NCBI GenBank assembly: GCA_964057225.1
Contig: OZ059899.1
Span: 19,220,001-19,284,000 of the forward strand
Direction of reading: 5' to 3'
Source of the DNA: Auanema rhodensis
Taxonomy: Eukaryota > Animalia > Nematoda
Length of the DNA: 64,000 bases
A program made the translations under genes and the position numbers. The notes under the pieces are model-generated. The model made no database searches and was not told the DNA's origin. It worked only from the letters and a program-made list of their open reading frames with translations. Shown one piece after another: positions 27,633 through 42,000 of this stretch (the stretch's first letter is position 1; each line of letters begins with the position of its first letter).

Positions 27633-30600
27633 CTTCACGTGAAAGATAAAGAGATGCGGTTTTCAAAATTAGATTCCCCATGTCCATATTAGTCTAAAAA
27701 CAAATTTTTTTTGATATTGGTTCATGGTAACCATGACTTTGAAATTTACGTGAACTTTAATTTATGCTAATTAAACGTACACGTGGTGTGCACTCGGTAT
27801 GTAACTCGCTTCACGTGAAAGATAAAGAGATGCGGTTTTCAAAATTAGATTCCCCATGTCCATATTAGTCTAAAAACAAATTTTTTTTGATATTGGTGCA
27901 TGGTAACCATGATTTTGAAATTTACGTGAACTTTAATTTATGCTAATTAAATGTACACGTGATGTGCACTCGGTATGTAACTCGCTTCACGTGAAAGATA
28001 AAAAGATGCGGTTTTCAAAATTAGATTCCCCATGTCCATATTAGTCTAAAAACAAATTTTTTTTGATATTGGTGCATGGTAACCATGACTTTGAATTTTA
28101 CGTGAACTTTAATTTATGCTAATTAAACGTACACGTGGTGTGCACTCGGTATGTAACTCGCTTCACGTGAAAGATAAAGAGATGCGGTTTTCAAAATTAG
28201 ATTCCCCATGTCCATATTAGTCTAAAAACAAATTTTTATTGATATTGGTGCATGGTAACCATGACTTTGAAATTTACGTGAACTTTAATTTATGCTATAT
28301 AAATGTACACGTGATGTGCACTTGGTATGTAACTCGCTTCACGTGAAAGATAAAGAGATGCAGTTATCAAAATTAGATTCCCCATGTCCATATTAGTCTA
28401 AAAACAAATTTTTATTGATATTGGTGCATGGTAACCATGACTTTGAAATTTACGTGAACTTTAATTTATGCTAATTAAATGTACACGTGGTGTGCACTCG
28501 GTATGTAACTCGCTTCACGTGAAAGATAAAGAGATGCAGTTATCAAAATTAGATTCCCCATGTCCATATTAGTCTAAAAACAAATTTTTATTGATATTGG
28601 TGCATGGTAACCATGACTTTGAAATTTACGTGAACTTTAATTTATGCTAATTAAACGTACACGTGGTGTGCACTCGGTATGTAACTCGCTTCACGTGAAA
28701 GATAAAGAGATGCGGTTTTCAAAATTAGATTCCCCATGTCCATATTAGTCTAAAAACAAATTTTTTTTGATATTGGTGCATGGTAACCATGACTTTGAAA
28801 TTTACGTGAACTTTAATTTATGCTAATTAAACGTACACGTGGTGTGCACTCGGTATGTAACTCGCTTCACGTGAAAGATAAAGAGATGCGGTTTTCAAAA
28901 TTAGATTCCCCATGTCCATATTAGTCTAAAAACAAATTTTTTTGATATTGGTGCATGGTAACCATGATTTTGAAATTTACGTGAACTTTAATTTATGCTA
29001 ATTAAATGTACACGTGATGTGCACTCGGTATGTAACTCGCTTCACGTGAAAGATAAAAAGATGCGGTTTTCAAAATTAGATTCCCCATGTCCATATTAGT
29101 CTAAAAACAAATTTTTTTTGATATTGGTGCATGGTAACCATGACTTTGAATTTTACGTGAACTTTAATTTATGCTAATTAAACGTACACGTGGTGTGCAC
29201 TCGGTATGTAACTCGCTTCACGTGAAAGATAAAGAGATGCGGTTTTCAAAATTAGATTCCCCATGTCCATATTAGTCTAAAAACAAATTTTTATTGATAT
29301 TGGTGCATGGTAACCATGACTTTGAAATTTACGTGAACTTTAATTTATGCTATATAAATGTACACGTGATGTGCACTTGGTATGTAACTCGCTTCACGTG
29401 AAAGATAAAGAGATGCAGTTATCAAAATTAGATTCCCCATGTCCATATTAGTCTAAAAACAAATTTTTATTGATATTGGTGCATGGTAACCATGACTTTG
29501 AAATTTACGTGAACTTTAATTTATGCTAATTAAATGTACACGTGGTGTGCACTCGGTATGTAACTCGCTTCACGTGAAAGATAAAGAGATGCAGTTATCA
29601 AAATTAGATTCCCCATGTCCATATTAGTCTAAAAACAAATTTTTATTGATATTGGTGCATGGTAACCATGACTTTGAAATTTACGTGAACTTTAATTTAT
29701 GCTAATTAAACGTACACGTGGTGTGCACTCGGTATGTAACTCGCTTCACGTGAAAGATAAAGAGATGCGGTTTTCAAAATTAGATTCCCCATGTCCATAT
29801 TAGTCTAAAAACAAATTTTTTTTGATATTGGTGCATGGTAACCATGACTTTGAAATTTACGTGAACTTTAATTTATGCTAATTAAACGTACACGTGGTGT
29901 GCACTCGGTATGTAACTCGCTTCACGTGAAAGATAAAGAGATGCGGTTTTCAAAATTAGATTCCCCATGTCCATATTAGTCTAAAAACAATTTTTTTTTG
30001 ATATTGGTGCATGGTAACCATGATTTTGAAATTTACGTGAACTTTAATTTATGCTAATTAAATGTACACGTGATGTGCACTCGGTATGTAACTCGCTTCA
30101 CGTGAAAGATAAAAAGATGCGGTTTTCAAAATTAGATTCCCCATGTCCATATTAGTCTAAAAACAAATTTTTTTTGATATTGGTGCATGGTAACCATGAC
30201 TTTGAATTTTACGTGAACTTTAATTTATGCTAATTAAACGTACACGTGGTGTGCACTCGGTATGTAACTCGCTTCACGTGAAAGATAAAGAGATGCGGTT
30301 TTCAAAATTAGATTCCCCATGTCCATATTAGTCTAAAAACAAATTTTTATTGATATTGGTGCATGGTAACCATGACTTTGAAATTTACGTGAACTTTAAT
30401 TTATGCTATATAAATGTACACGTGATGTGCACTTGGTATGTAACTCGCTTCACGTGAAAGATAAAGAGATGCAGTTATCAAAATTAGATTCCCCATGTCC
30501 ATATTAGTCTAAAAACAAATTTTTATTGATATTGGTGCATGGTAACCATGACTTTGAAATTTACGTGAACTTTAATTTATGCTAATTAAATGTACACGTG

Positions 30601-30799
30601 GTGTGCACTCGGTATGTAACTCGCTTCACGTGAAAGATAAAGAGATGCAGTTATCAAAATTAGATTCCCCATGTCCATATTAGTCTAAAAACAAATTTTT
30701 ATTGATATTGGTGCATGGTAACCATGACTTTGAAATTTACGTGAACTTTAATTTATGCTAATTAAACGTACACGTGGTGTGCACTCGGTATGTAACTCG
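27633..30799. repeat. 6-monomer (1056 bp) higher-order repeat, 3 copies
   Basis: The private variant GCTATATAAATG occurs at 28298, 29353 and 30409 (spacings 1055 and 1056), each followed by two GCAGTTATC monomers. Confidence 0.9.
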
Positions 30800-33700
30800 C
30801 TTCACGTGAAAGATAAAGAGATGCGGTTTTCAAAATTAGATTCCCCATGTCCATATTAGTCTAAAAACAAATTTTTATTGATATTGGTGCATGGTAACCA
30901 TGACTTTGAAATTTACGTGAACTTTAATTTATGCTACATAAATGTACACGTGATGTGCACTTGGTATGTAACTCGCTTCACGTGAAAGATAAAGAGATGC
31001 AGTTATCAAAATTAGATTCCCCATGTCCATATTAGTCTAAAAACAAATTTTTATTGATATTGGTGCATGGTAACCATGACTTTGAAATTTACGTGAACTT
31101 TAATTTATGCTAATTAAATGTACACGTGGTGTGCACTCGGTATGTAACTCGCTTCACGTGAAAGATAAAGAGATGCAGTTATCAAAATTAGATTCCCCAT
31201 GTCCATATTAGTCTAAAAACAAATTTTTATTGATATTGGTGCATGGTAACCATGACTTTGAAATTTACGTGAACTTTAATTTATGCTAATTAAACGTACA
31301 CGTGGTGTGCACTCGGTATGTAACTCGCTTCACGTGAAAGATAAAGAGATGCGGTTTTCAAAATTAGATTCCCCATGTCCATATTAGTCTAAAAACAAAT
31401 TTTTATTGATATTGGTGCATGGTAACCATGACTTTGAAATTTACGTGAACTTTAATTTATGCTAATTAAACGTACACGTGGTGTGCACTCGGTATGTAAC
31501 TCGCTTCACGTGAAAGATAAAGAGATGCGGTTTTCAAAATTAGATTCCCCATGTCCATATTAGTCTAAAAACAAATTTTTTTTGATATTGGTGCATGGTA
31601 ACCATGACTTTGAAATTTACGTGAACTTTAATTTATGCTAATTAAACGTACACGTGGTGTGCACTCGGTATGTAACTCGCTTCACGTGAAAGATAAAGAG
31701 ATGCGGTTTTCAAAATTAGATTCCCCATGTCCATATTAGTCTAAAAACAAATTTTTTTTGATATTGGTGCATGGTAACCATGATTTTGAAATTTACGTGA
31801 ACTTTAATTTATGCTAATTAAATGTACACGTGATGTGCACTCGGTATGTAACTCGCTTCACGTGAAAGATAAAAAGATGCGGTTTTCAAAATTAGATTCC
31901 TCATGTCCATATTAGTCTAAAAACAAATTTTTTTTGATATTGGTGCATGGTAACCATGACTTTGAATTTTACGTGAACTTTAATTTATGCTAATTAAACG
32001 TACACGTGGTGTGCACTCGGTATGTAACTCGCTTCACGTGAAAGATAAAGAGATGCGGTTTTCAAAATTAGATTCCCCATGTCCATATTAGTCTAAAAAC
32101 AAATTTTTATTGATATTGGTGCATGGTAACCATGACTTTGAAATTTACGTGAACTTTAATTTATGCTACATAAATGTACACGTGATGTGCACTTGGTATG
32201 TAACTCGCTTCACGTGAAAGATAAAGAGATGCAGTTATCAAAATTAGATTCCCCATGTCCATATTAGTCTAAAAACAAATTTTTATTGATATTGGTGCAT
32301 GGTAACCATGACTTTGAAATTTACGTGAACTTTAATTTATGCTAATTAAATGTACACGTGGTGTGCACTCGGTATGTAACTCGCTTCACGTGAAAGATAA
32401 AGAGATGCAGTTATCAAAATTAGATTCCCCATGTCCATATTAGTCTAAAAACAAATTTTTATTGATATTGGTGCATGGTAACCATGACTTTGAAATTTAC
32501 GTGAACTTTAATTTATGCTAATTAAACGTACACGTGGTGTGCACTCGGTATGTAACTCGCTTCACGTGAAAGATAAAGAGATGCGGTTCTCAAAATTAGA
32601 TTCCCCATGTCCATATTAGTCTAAAAACAAATTTTTTTTGATATTGGTGTATGGTAACCATGATTTTGAAATTTACGTGAACTTTAATTTATGCTAATTA
32701 AACGTACACGTGGTGTGCACTCGGTATGTAATTCGCTTCACGTGACAGATAAAGAGATGCGGTTTTCAAAATTAGATTCTTCATGTCCATATTAGTCTAA
32801 AAACAATTTTTTACTGATATTGGTGCATGGTAACCATGATTTTGAAATTTACGTGAACTTTAATTTATGCTAATTAAACGTACACGTGATGTGCACTTGG
32901 TATGTAACTCGCTTCACGTGAAAGATAAAGAGATGCGGTTTTTAAAATTAGATTCCCCATGTCCATATTAGTCTAAAAACAAATTTTTATTGATATTGGT
33001 GCATGGTAACCATGACTTTGAAATTTACGTGAACTTTAATTTATGCTAATTAAACGTACACGTGGTGTGCACTCGGTATGTAACTCGCTTCACGTGAAAG
33101 ATAAAGAGATGCGGTTTTCAAAATTAGATTCCCCATGTCCATATTAGTCTAAAAACAAATTTTTTTTGATATTGGTGCATGGTAACCATGACTTTGAAAT
33201 TTACGTGAACTTTAATTTATGCTAATTAAACGTACACGTGGTGTGCACTCGGTATGTAACTCGCTTCACGTGAAAGATAAAGAGATGCGGTTTTCAAAAT
33301 TAGATTCCCCATGTCCATATTAGTCTAAAAACAAATTTTTTTTGATATTGGTGCATGGTAACCATGACTTTGAATTTTACGTGAACTTTAATTTATGCTA
33401 ATTAAACGTACACGTGGTGTGCACTCGGTATGTAACTCGCTTCACGTGAAAGATAAAGAGATGCGGTTTTCAAAATTAGATTCCCCATGTCCATATTAGT
33501 CTAAAAACAAATTTTTATTGATATTGGTGCATGGTAACCATGACTTTGAAATTTACGTGAACTTTAATTTATGCTACATAAATGTACACGTGATGTGCAC
33601 TTGGTATGTAACTCGCTTCACGTGAAAGATAAAGAGATGCAGTTATCAAAATTAGATTCCCCATGTCCATATTAGTCTTAAAACAAATTTTTATTGATAT

Positions 33701-34249
33701 TGGTGCATGGTAACCATGACTTTGAAATTTACGTGAACTTTAATTTATGCTAATTAAATGTACACGTGGTGTGCACTCGGTATGTAACTCGCTTCACGTG
33801 AAAGATAAAGAGATGCAGTTATCAAAATTAGATTCCCCATGTCCATATTAGTCTAAAAACAAATTTTTATTGATATTGGTGCATGGTAACCATGACTTTG
33901 AAATTTACGTGAACTTTAATTTATGCTAATTAAACGTACACGTGGTGTGCACTCGGTATGTAACTCGCTTCACGTGAAAGATAAAGAGATGCGGTTTTCA
34001 AAATTAGATTCCCCATGTCCATATTAGTCTAAAAACAAATTTTTTTTGATATTGGTGCATGGTAACCATGACTTTGAATTTTACTTGAACTTTAATTTAT
34101 GCTAATTAAACGTACACGTGGTGTGCACTCGGTATGTAACTCGCTTCACGTGAAAGATAAAGAGATGCGGTTTTCAAAATTAGATTCTCCATGTCCATAT
34201 TAGTCTAAAAACAAATTTTTATTGATATTGGTGCATGGTAACCATGACT

Positions 34250-36050
34250 TTGAAATTTACGTGAACTTTAATTTATGCTACATAAATGTACACGTGATGT
34301 GCACTTGGTATGTAACTCGCTTCACGTGAAAGATAAAGAGATGCAGTTATCAAAATTAGATTCCCCATGTCCATATTAGTCTAAAAACAAATTTTTATTG
34401 ATATTGGTGCATGGTAACCATGACTTTGAAATTTACGTGAACTTTAATTTATGCTAATTAAATGTACACGTGGTGTGCACTCGGTATGTAACTCGCTTCA
34501 CGTGAAAGATAAAGAGATGCAGTTATCAAAATTAGATTCCCCATGTCCATATTAGTCTAAAAACAAATTTTCATTGATATTGGTGCATGGTAACCATGAC
34601 TTTGAAATTTACGTGAACTTTAATTTATGCTAATTAAACGTACACGTGTTGTGCACTCGGTATGTAACTCGCTTCACGTGGAAGATAAAGAGATGCGGTT
34701 TTCAAAATTAGATTCTTCATGTCCATATTAGTCTAAAAACAATTTTTTACTGATATTGGTGCATGGTAACCATGATTTTGAAATTTACGTGAACTTTAAT
34801 TTATGCTAATTAAACGTACACGTGGTGTGCACTCGGTATGTAACTCGCTTCACGTGAAAGATAAAGAGATGCGGTTTTCAAAATTAGATTCCCCATGTCC
34901 ATATTAGTCTAAAAACAAATTTTTATTGATATTGGTGCATGGTAACCATGACTTTGAAATTTACGTGAACTTTAATTTATGCTAATTAAACGTACACGTG
35001 GTGTGCACTCGGTATGTAACTCGCTTCACGTGAAAGATAAAGAGATGCGGTTTTCAAAATTAGATTCCCCATGTCCATATTAGTCTAAAAACAAATTTTT
35101 TTTGATATTGGTGCATGGTAACCATGACTTTGAAATTTACGTGAACTTTAATTTATGCTAATTAAACGTACACGTGGTGTGCACTCGGTATGTAACTCGC
35201 TTCACGTGAAAGATAAAGAGATGCGGTTTTCAAAATTAGATTCCTCATGTCCATATTAGTCTAAAAACAAATTTTTATTGATATTGGTGCATGGTAACCA
35301 TGATTTTGAAATTTACGTGAACTTTAATTTATGCTAATTAAATGTACACGTGATGTGCACTCGGTATGTAACTCGCTTCACGTGAAAGATAAAAAGATGC
35401 GGTTTTCAAAATTAGATTCCCCATGTCCATATTAGTCTAAAAACAAATTTTTTTTGATATTGGTGCATGGTAACCATGACTTTGAAATTTACGTGAACTT
35501 TAATTTATGCTACATAAATGTACACGTGATGTGCACTTGGTATGTAACTCGCTTCACGTGAAAGATAAAGAGATGCAGTTATCAAAATTAGATTCCCCAT
35601 GTCCATATTAGTCTAAAAACAAATTTTTATTGATATTGGTGCATGGTAACCATGACTTTGAAATTTACGTGAACTTTAATTTATGCTAATTAAATGTACA
35701 CGTGGTGTGCACTCGGTATGTAACTCGCTTCACGTGAAAGATAAAGAGATGCAGTTATCAAAATTAGATTCCCCATGTCCATATTAGTCTAAAAACAAAT
35801 TTTCATTGATATTGGTGCATGGTAACCATGACTTTGAAATTTACGTGAACTTTAATTTATGCTAATTAAACGTACACGTGTTGTGCACTCGGTATGTAAC
35901 TCGCTTCACGTGGAAGATAAAGAGATGCGGTTTTCAAAATTAGATTCTTCATGTCCATATTAGTCTAAAAACAATTTTTTACTGATATTGGTGCATGGTA
36001 ACCATGATTTTGAAATTTACGTGAACTTTAATTTATGCTAATTAAACGTA
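34250..36050. repeat. Local duplication with a 7-monomer (1232 bp) offset
   Basis: The private variant TTTTCATTG occurs at 34572 and 35804, each within the series TACAT - GCAGTTATC x2 - GTGTTG - GTGGAA/TTCTTCATG. Confidence 0.75.
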
Positions 36051-39000
36051 CACGTGATGTGCACTTGGTATGTAACTCGCTTCACGTGAAAGATAAAGAG
36101 ATGCGGTTTTCAAAATTAGATTCCCCATGTCCATATTAGTCTAAAAACAAATTTTTATTGATATTGGTGCATGGTAACCATGACTTTGAAATTTACGTGA
36201 ACTTTAATTTATGCTAATTAAACGTACACGTGGTGTGCACTCGGTATGTAACTCGCTTCACGTGAAAGATAAAGAGATGCGGTTCTCAAAATTAGATTCC
36301 CCATGTCCATATTAGTCTAAAAACAAATTTTTTTTGATATTGGTGTATGGTAACCATGATTTTGAAATTTACGTGAACTTTAATTTATGCTAATTAAATG
36401 TACACGTGGTGTGCACTCGGTATGTAACTCGCTTCACGTGAAAGATAAGGAGATGCGGTTTTCAAAATTAGATTCCCCATGTCCATATTAGTCTAAAAAC
36501 AAATTTTTATTGATATTGGTGCATGGTAACCATGACTTTGAATTTTACGTGAACTTTAATTTATGCTAATCAAACGTACACGTGGTGTGCATTCGGTATG
36601 TAACTCGCTTCACGTGAAAGATAAAGAGATGCGGTTTTCAAAATTAGATTCCCCATGTCTATATTAGTCTAAAAACAAATTTTTATTGATATTGGTGCAT
36701 GGTAACCATGATTTTGAAATTTACGTGAACTTTAATTTATGCTAATTAAACGTACACGTGATGTGCACTTGGTATGTAACTCGCTTCACGTGAAAGATAA
36801 AGAGATGCGGTTTTTAAAATTAGATTCCCCATGTCCATATTAGTCTAAAAACAAATTTTTATTGATATTGGTGCATGGTAACCATGACTTTGAAATTTAC
36901 GTGAACTTTAATTTATGCTAATTAAACGTACACGTGGTGTGCACTCGGTATGTAACTCGCTTCACGTGAAAGATAAAGAGATGCGGTTTTCAAAATTAGA
37001 TTCCCCATGTCCATATTAGTCTAAAAACAAATTTTTTTTGATATTGGTGCATGGTAACCATGATTTTGAAATTTACGTGAACTTTAATTTATGCTAATTA
37101 AATGTACACGTGATGTGCACTCGGTATGTAACTCGCTTCACGTGAAAGATAAAAAGATGCGGTTTTCAAAATTAGATTCCCCATGTCCATATTAGTCTAA
37201 AAACAAATTTTTTTTGATATTGGTGCATGGTAACCATGACTTTGAATTTTACGTGAACTTTAATTTATGCTAATTAAACGTACACGTGGTGTGCACTCGG
37301 TATGTAACTCGCTTCACGTGAAAGATAAAGAGATGCGGTTTTCAAAATTAGATTCCCCATGTCCATATTAGTCTAAAAACAAATTTTTATTGATATTGGT
37401 GCATGGTAACCATGACTTTGAAATTTACGTGAACTTTAATTTATGCTAATTAAACGTACACGTGGTGTGCACTCGGTATGTAATTCGCTTCACGTGACAG
37501 ATAAAGAGATGCGGTTTTCAAAATTAGATTCTTCATGTCCATATTAGTCTAAAAACAATTTTTTACTGATATTGGTGCATGGTAACCATGACTTTGAAAT
37601 TTACGTGAACTTTAATTTATGCTAATTAAACGTACACGTGTTGTGCACTCGGTATGTAACTTGCTTCACGTGGAAGATAAAGAGATGCGGTTTTCAAAAT
37701 TAGATTCTTCATGTCCATATTAGTCTAAAAACAAATTTTTATTGATATTGGTGCATGGTAACCATGACTTTGAAATTTACGTGAACTTTAATTTATGCTA
37801 CATAAATGTACACGTGATGTGCACTTGGTATGTAACTCGCTTCACGTGAAAGATAAAAAGATGCGCTTTTTAAAATTAGATTCCCCATGTCCATATTAGT
37901 CTAAAAACAATTTTTTACTGATATTGGTGCATGGTAACCATGACTTTGAAATTTACGTGAACTTTAATTTATGCTAATTAAACGTACACGTGGTGTGCAC
38001 TCGGTATGTAACTCGCTTCACGTGTAAGATAAAGAGATGCGGTTTTCAAAATTAGATTCCCCATGTCCATATTAGTCTGAAAACAAATTTTTATTGATAT
38101 TGGTGCATGGTAACCATGACTTTGAAATTTACGTGAACTTTAATTTATGCTAATTAAACGTACACGTGGTGTGCACTCGGTATGTAACTAGCTTCACGTG
38201 TAAGATAAAGAGATGCGGTTTTCAAAATTAGATTCCCCATGTCCATATTAGTCTAAAAACAAATTTTTATTGATATTGGTGCATGGTAACCATGACTTTG
38301 AAATTTACGTGAACTTTAATTTATGCTAATTAAATGTACACGTGGTGTGCACTCGGTATGTAACTCGCTTCACGTGAAAGATAAAGAGATGCAGTTATCA
38401 AAATTAGATTCCCCATGTCCATATTAGTCTAAAAACAAATTTTTATTGATATTGGTGCATGGTAACCATGACTTTGAATTTTACGTGAACTTTAATTTAT
38501 GCTAATCAAACGTACACGTGGTGTGCATTCGGTATGTAACTCGCTTCACGTGAAAGATAAAGAGATGCGGTTTTCAAAATTAGATTCCCCATGTCCATAT
38601 TAGTCTAAAAACAAATTTTTATTGATATTGGTGCATGGTAACCATGATTTTGAAATTTACGTGAACTTTAATTTATGCTAATTAAACGTACACGTGATGT
38701 GCACTTGGTATGTAACTCGCTTCACGTGAAAGATAAAGAGATGCGGTTTTTAAAATTAGATTCCCCATGTCCATATTAGTCTAAAAACAAATTTTTATTG
38801 ATATTGGTGCATGGTAACCATGACTTTGAAATTTACGTGAACTTTAATTTATGCTAATTAAACGTACACGTGGTGTGCACTCGGTATGTAACTCGCTTCA
38901 CGTGAAAGATAAAGAGATGCGGTTTTCAAAATTAGATTCCCCATGTCCATATTAGTCTAAAAACAAATTTTTTTTGATATTGGTGCATGGTAACCATGAT

Positions 39001-42000
39001 TTTGAAATTTACGTGAACTTTAATTTATGCTAATTAAATGTACACGTGATGTGCACTCGGTATGTAACTCGCTTCACGTGAAAGATAAAAAGATGCGGTT
39101 TTCAAAATTAGATTCCCCATGTCCATATTAGTCTAAAAACAAATTTTTTTTGATATTGGTGCATGGTAACCATGACTTTGAATTTTACGTGAACTTTAAT
39201 TTATGCTAATTAAACGTACACGTGGTGTGCACTCGGTATGTAACTCGCTTCACGTGAAAGATAAAGAGATGCGGTTTTCAAAATTAGATTCCCCATGTCC
39301 ATATTAGTCTAAAAACAAATTTTTATTGATATTGGTGCATGGTAACCATGACTTTGAAATTTACGTGAACTTTAATTTATGCTACATAAATGTACACGTG
39401 ATGTGCACTTGGTATGTAACTCGCTTCACGTGAAAGATAAAAAGATGCGCTTTTTAAAATTAGATTCCCCATGTCCATATTAGTCTAAAAACAATTTTTT
39501 ACTGATATTGGTGCATGGTAACCATGACTTTGAAATTTACGTGAACTTTAATTTATGCTAATTAAACGTACACGTGTTGTGCACTCGGTATGTAACTCGC
39601 TTCACGTGGAAGATAAAGAGATGCGGTTTTCAAAATTAGATTCTTCATGTCCATATTAGTCTAAAAACAATTTTTTACTGATATTGGTGCATGGTAACCA
39701 TGATTTTGAAATTTACGTGAACTTTAATTTATGCTAATTAAACGTACACGTGATGTGCACTTGGTATGTAACTCGCTTCACGTGAAAGATAAAGAGATGC
39801 GGTTTTCAAAATTAGATTCCCCATGTCCATATTAGTCTAAAAACAAATTTTTATTGATATTGGTGCATGGTAACCATGACTTTGAAATTTACGTGAACTT
39901 TAATTTATGCTAATTAAACGTACACGTGGTGTGCACTCGGTATGTAACTCGCTTCACGTGAAAGATAAAGAGATGCGGTTCTCAAAATTAGATTCCCCAT
40001 GTCCATATTAGTCTAAAAACAAATTTTTTTTGATATTGGTATATGGTAACCATGATTTTGAAATTTACGTGAACTTTAATTTATGCTAATTAAATGTACA
40101 CGTGGTGTGCACTCGGTATGTAACTCGCTTCACGTGAAAGATAAGGAGATGCGGTTTTCAAAATTAGATTCCCCATGTCCATATTAGTCTAAAAACAAAT
40201 TTTTATTGATATTGGTGCATGGTAACCATGACTTTGAATTTTACGTGAACTTTAATTTATGCTAATCAAACGTACACGTGGTGTGCATTCGGTATGTAAC
40301 TCGCTTCACGTGAAAGATAAAGAGATGCGGTTTTCAAAATTAGATTCCCCATGTCCATATTAGTCTAAAAACAAATTTTTATTGATATTGGTGCATGGTA
40401 ACCATGACTTTGAAATTTACGTGAACTTTAATTTATGCTAATTAAACGTACACGTGATGTGCATTTGGTATGTAACTCGCTTCACGTGAAAGATAAAGAG
40501 ATGCGGTTTTTAAAATTAGATTCCCCATTTCCATATTAGTCTAAAAACAATTTTTTACTGATATTGGTGCATGGTAACCATGATTTTGAAATTTACGTGA
40601 ACTTTAATTTATGCTAATTAAACGTACACGTGGTGTGCACTCGGTATGTAACTTGCTTCACGTGAAAGATAAAGAGATGCGGTTTCCAAAATTAGGTTCC
40701 CCATGTCCATATTAGTCTAAAAACAAATTTTTATTGATATTGGTGCATGGTAACCATGACTTTGAAATTTACGTGAACTTTAATTTATGCAAATTAAACG
40801 TACACGTGGTGTGCACTCGGTATGTAACTCGCTTCACGTGAAAGTTAAAGAGATGCGATTTTCAAAATTAGATTTCCCATGTCCATATTAGTCTAAAAAC
40901 AACTTTTTATTGATATTGGTGCATGGTAACCATGACTTTGAATTTTACGTGAACTTTAATTTATGCTAATTAAACGTACACGTGGTGTGCACTTGGTATG
41001 TAACTCGCTTCACGTGAGAGATAAAGAGATGCGGTTTTCAAAATTAGATTCCCCATGTCCATATTAGTCTAAAAACAAATTTTTATTGATATTGGTGCAT
41101 GGTAACCATGACTTTGAAATTTACGTGAACTTTAATTTATGCTACATAAATGTACACGTGATGTGCACTTGGTATGTAACTCGCTTCACGTGAAAGATAA
41201 AAAGATGCGGTTTTTAAAATTAGATTCCCCATGTCCATATTAGTCTAAAAACAATTTTTTACTGATATTGGTGCATGGTAACCATGACTTTGAAATTTAC
41301 GTGAACTTTAATTTATGCTAATTAAATGTACACGTGGTGTGCACTCGGTATGTAACTCGCTTCACGTGAAAGATAAAGAGATGCGGTTTTCAAAATTAGA
41401 TTCCCCATGTCCATATTAGTCTAAAAACAAATTTTTATTGATATTGGTGCATGGTAACCATGACTTTGAAATTTACGTGAACTTTAATTTATGCTAATTA
41501 AACGTACACGTGGTGTGCACTCGGTATGTAACTCGCTTCACGTGAGAGATAAAGAGATGCGGTTTTCAAAATTAGATTCCCCATGTCCATATTAGTCTAA
41601 AAACAAATTTTTATTGATATTGGTGCATGGTAACCATGACTTTGAAATTTACGTGAACTTTAATTTATGCTACATAAATGTACACGTGATGTGCACTTGG
41701 TATGTAACTCGCTTCACGTGAAAGATAAAAAGATGCGGTTTTTAAAATTAGATTCCCCATGTCCATATTAGTCTAAAATCAATTTTTTACTGATATTGGT
41801 GCATGGTAACCATGACTTTGAAATTTACGTGAACTTTAATTTATGCTAATTAAATGTACACGTGGTGTGCACTCGGTATGTAACTCGCTTCACGTGAAAG
41901 ATAAAGAGATGCGGTTTTCAAAATTAGATTCCCCATGTCCATATTAGTCTAAAAACAAATTTTTATTGATATTGGTGCATGGTAACCATGACTTTGAATT

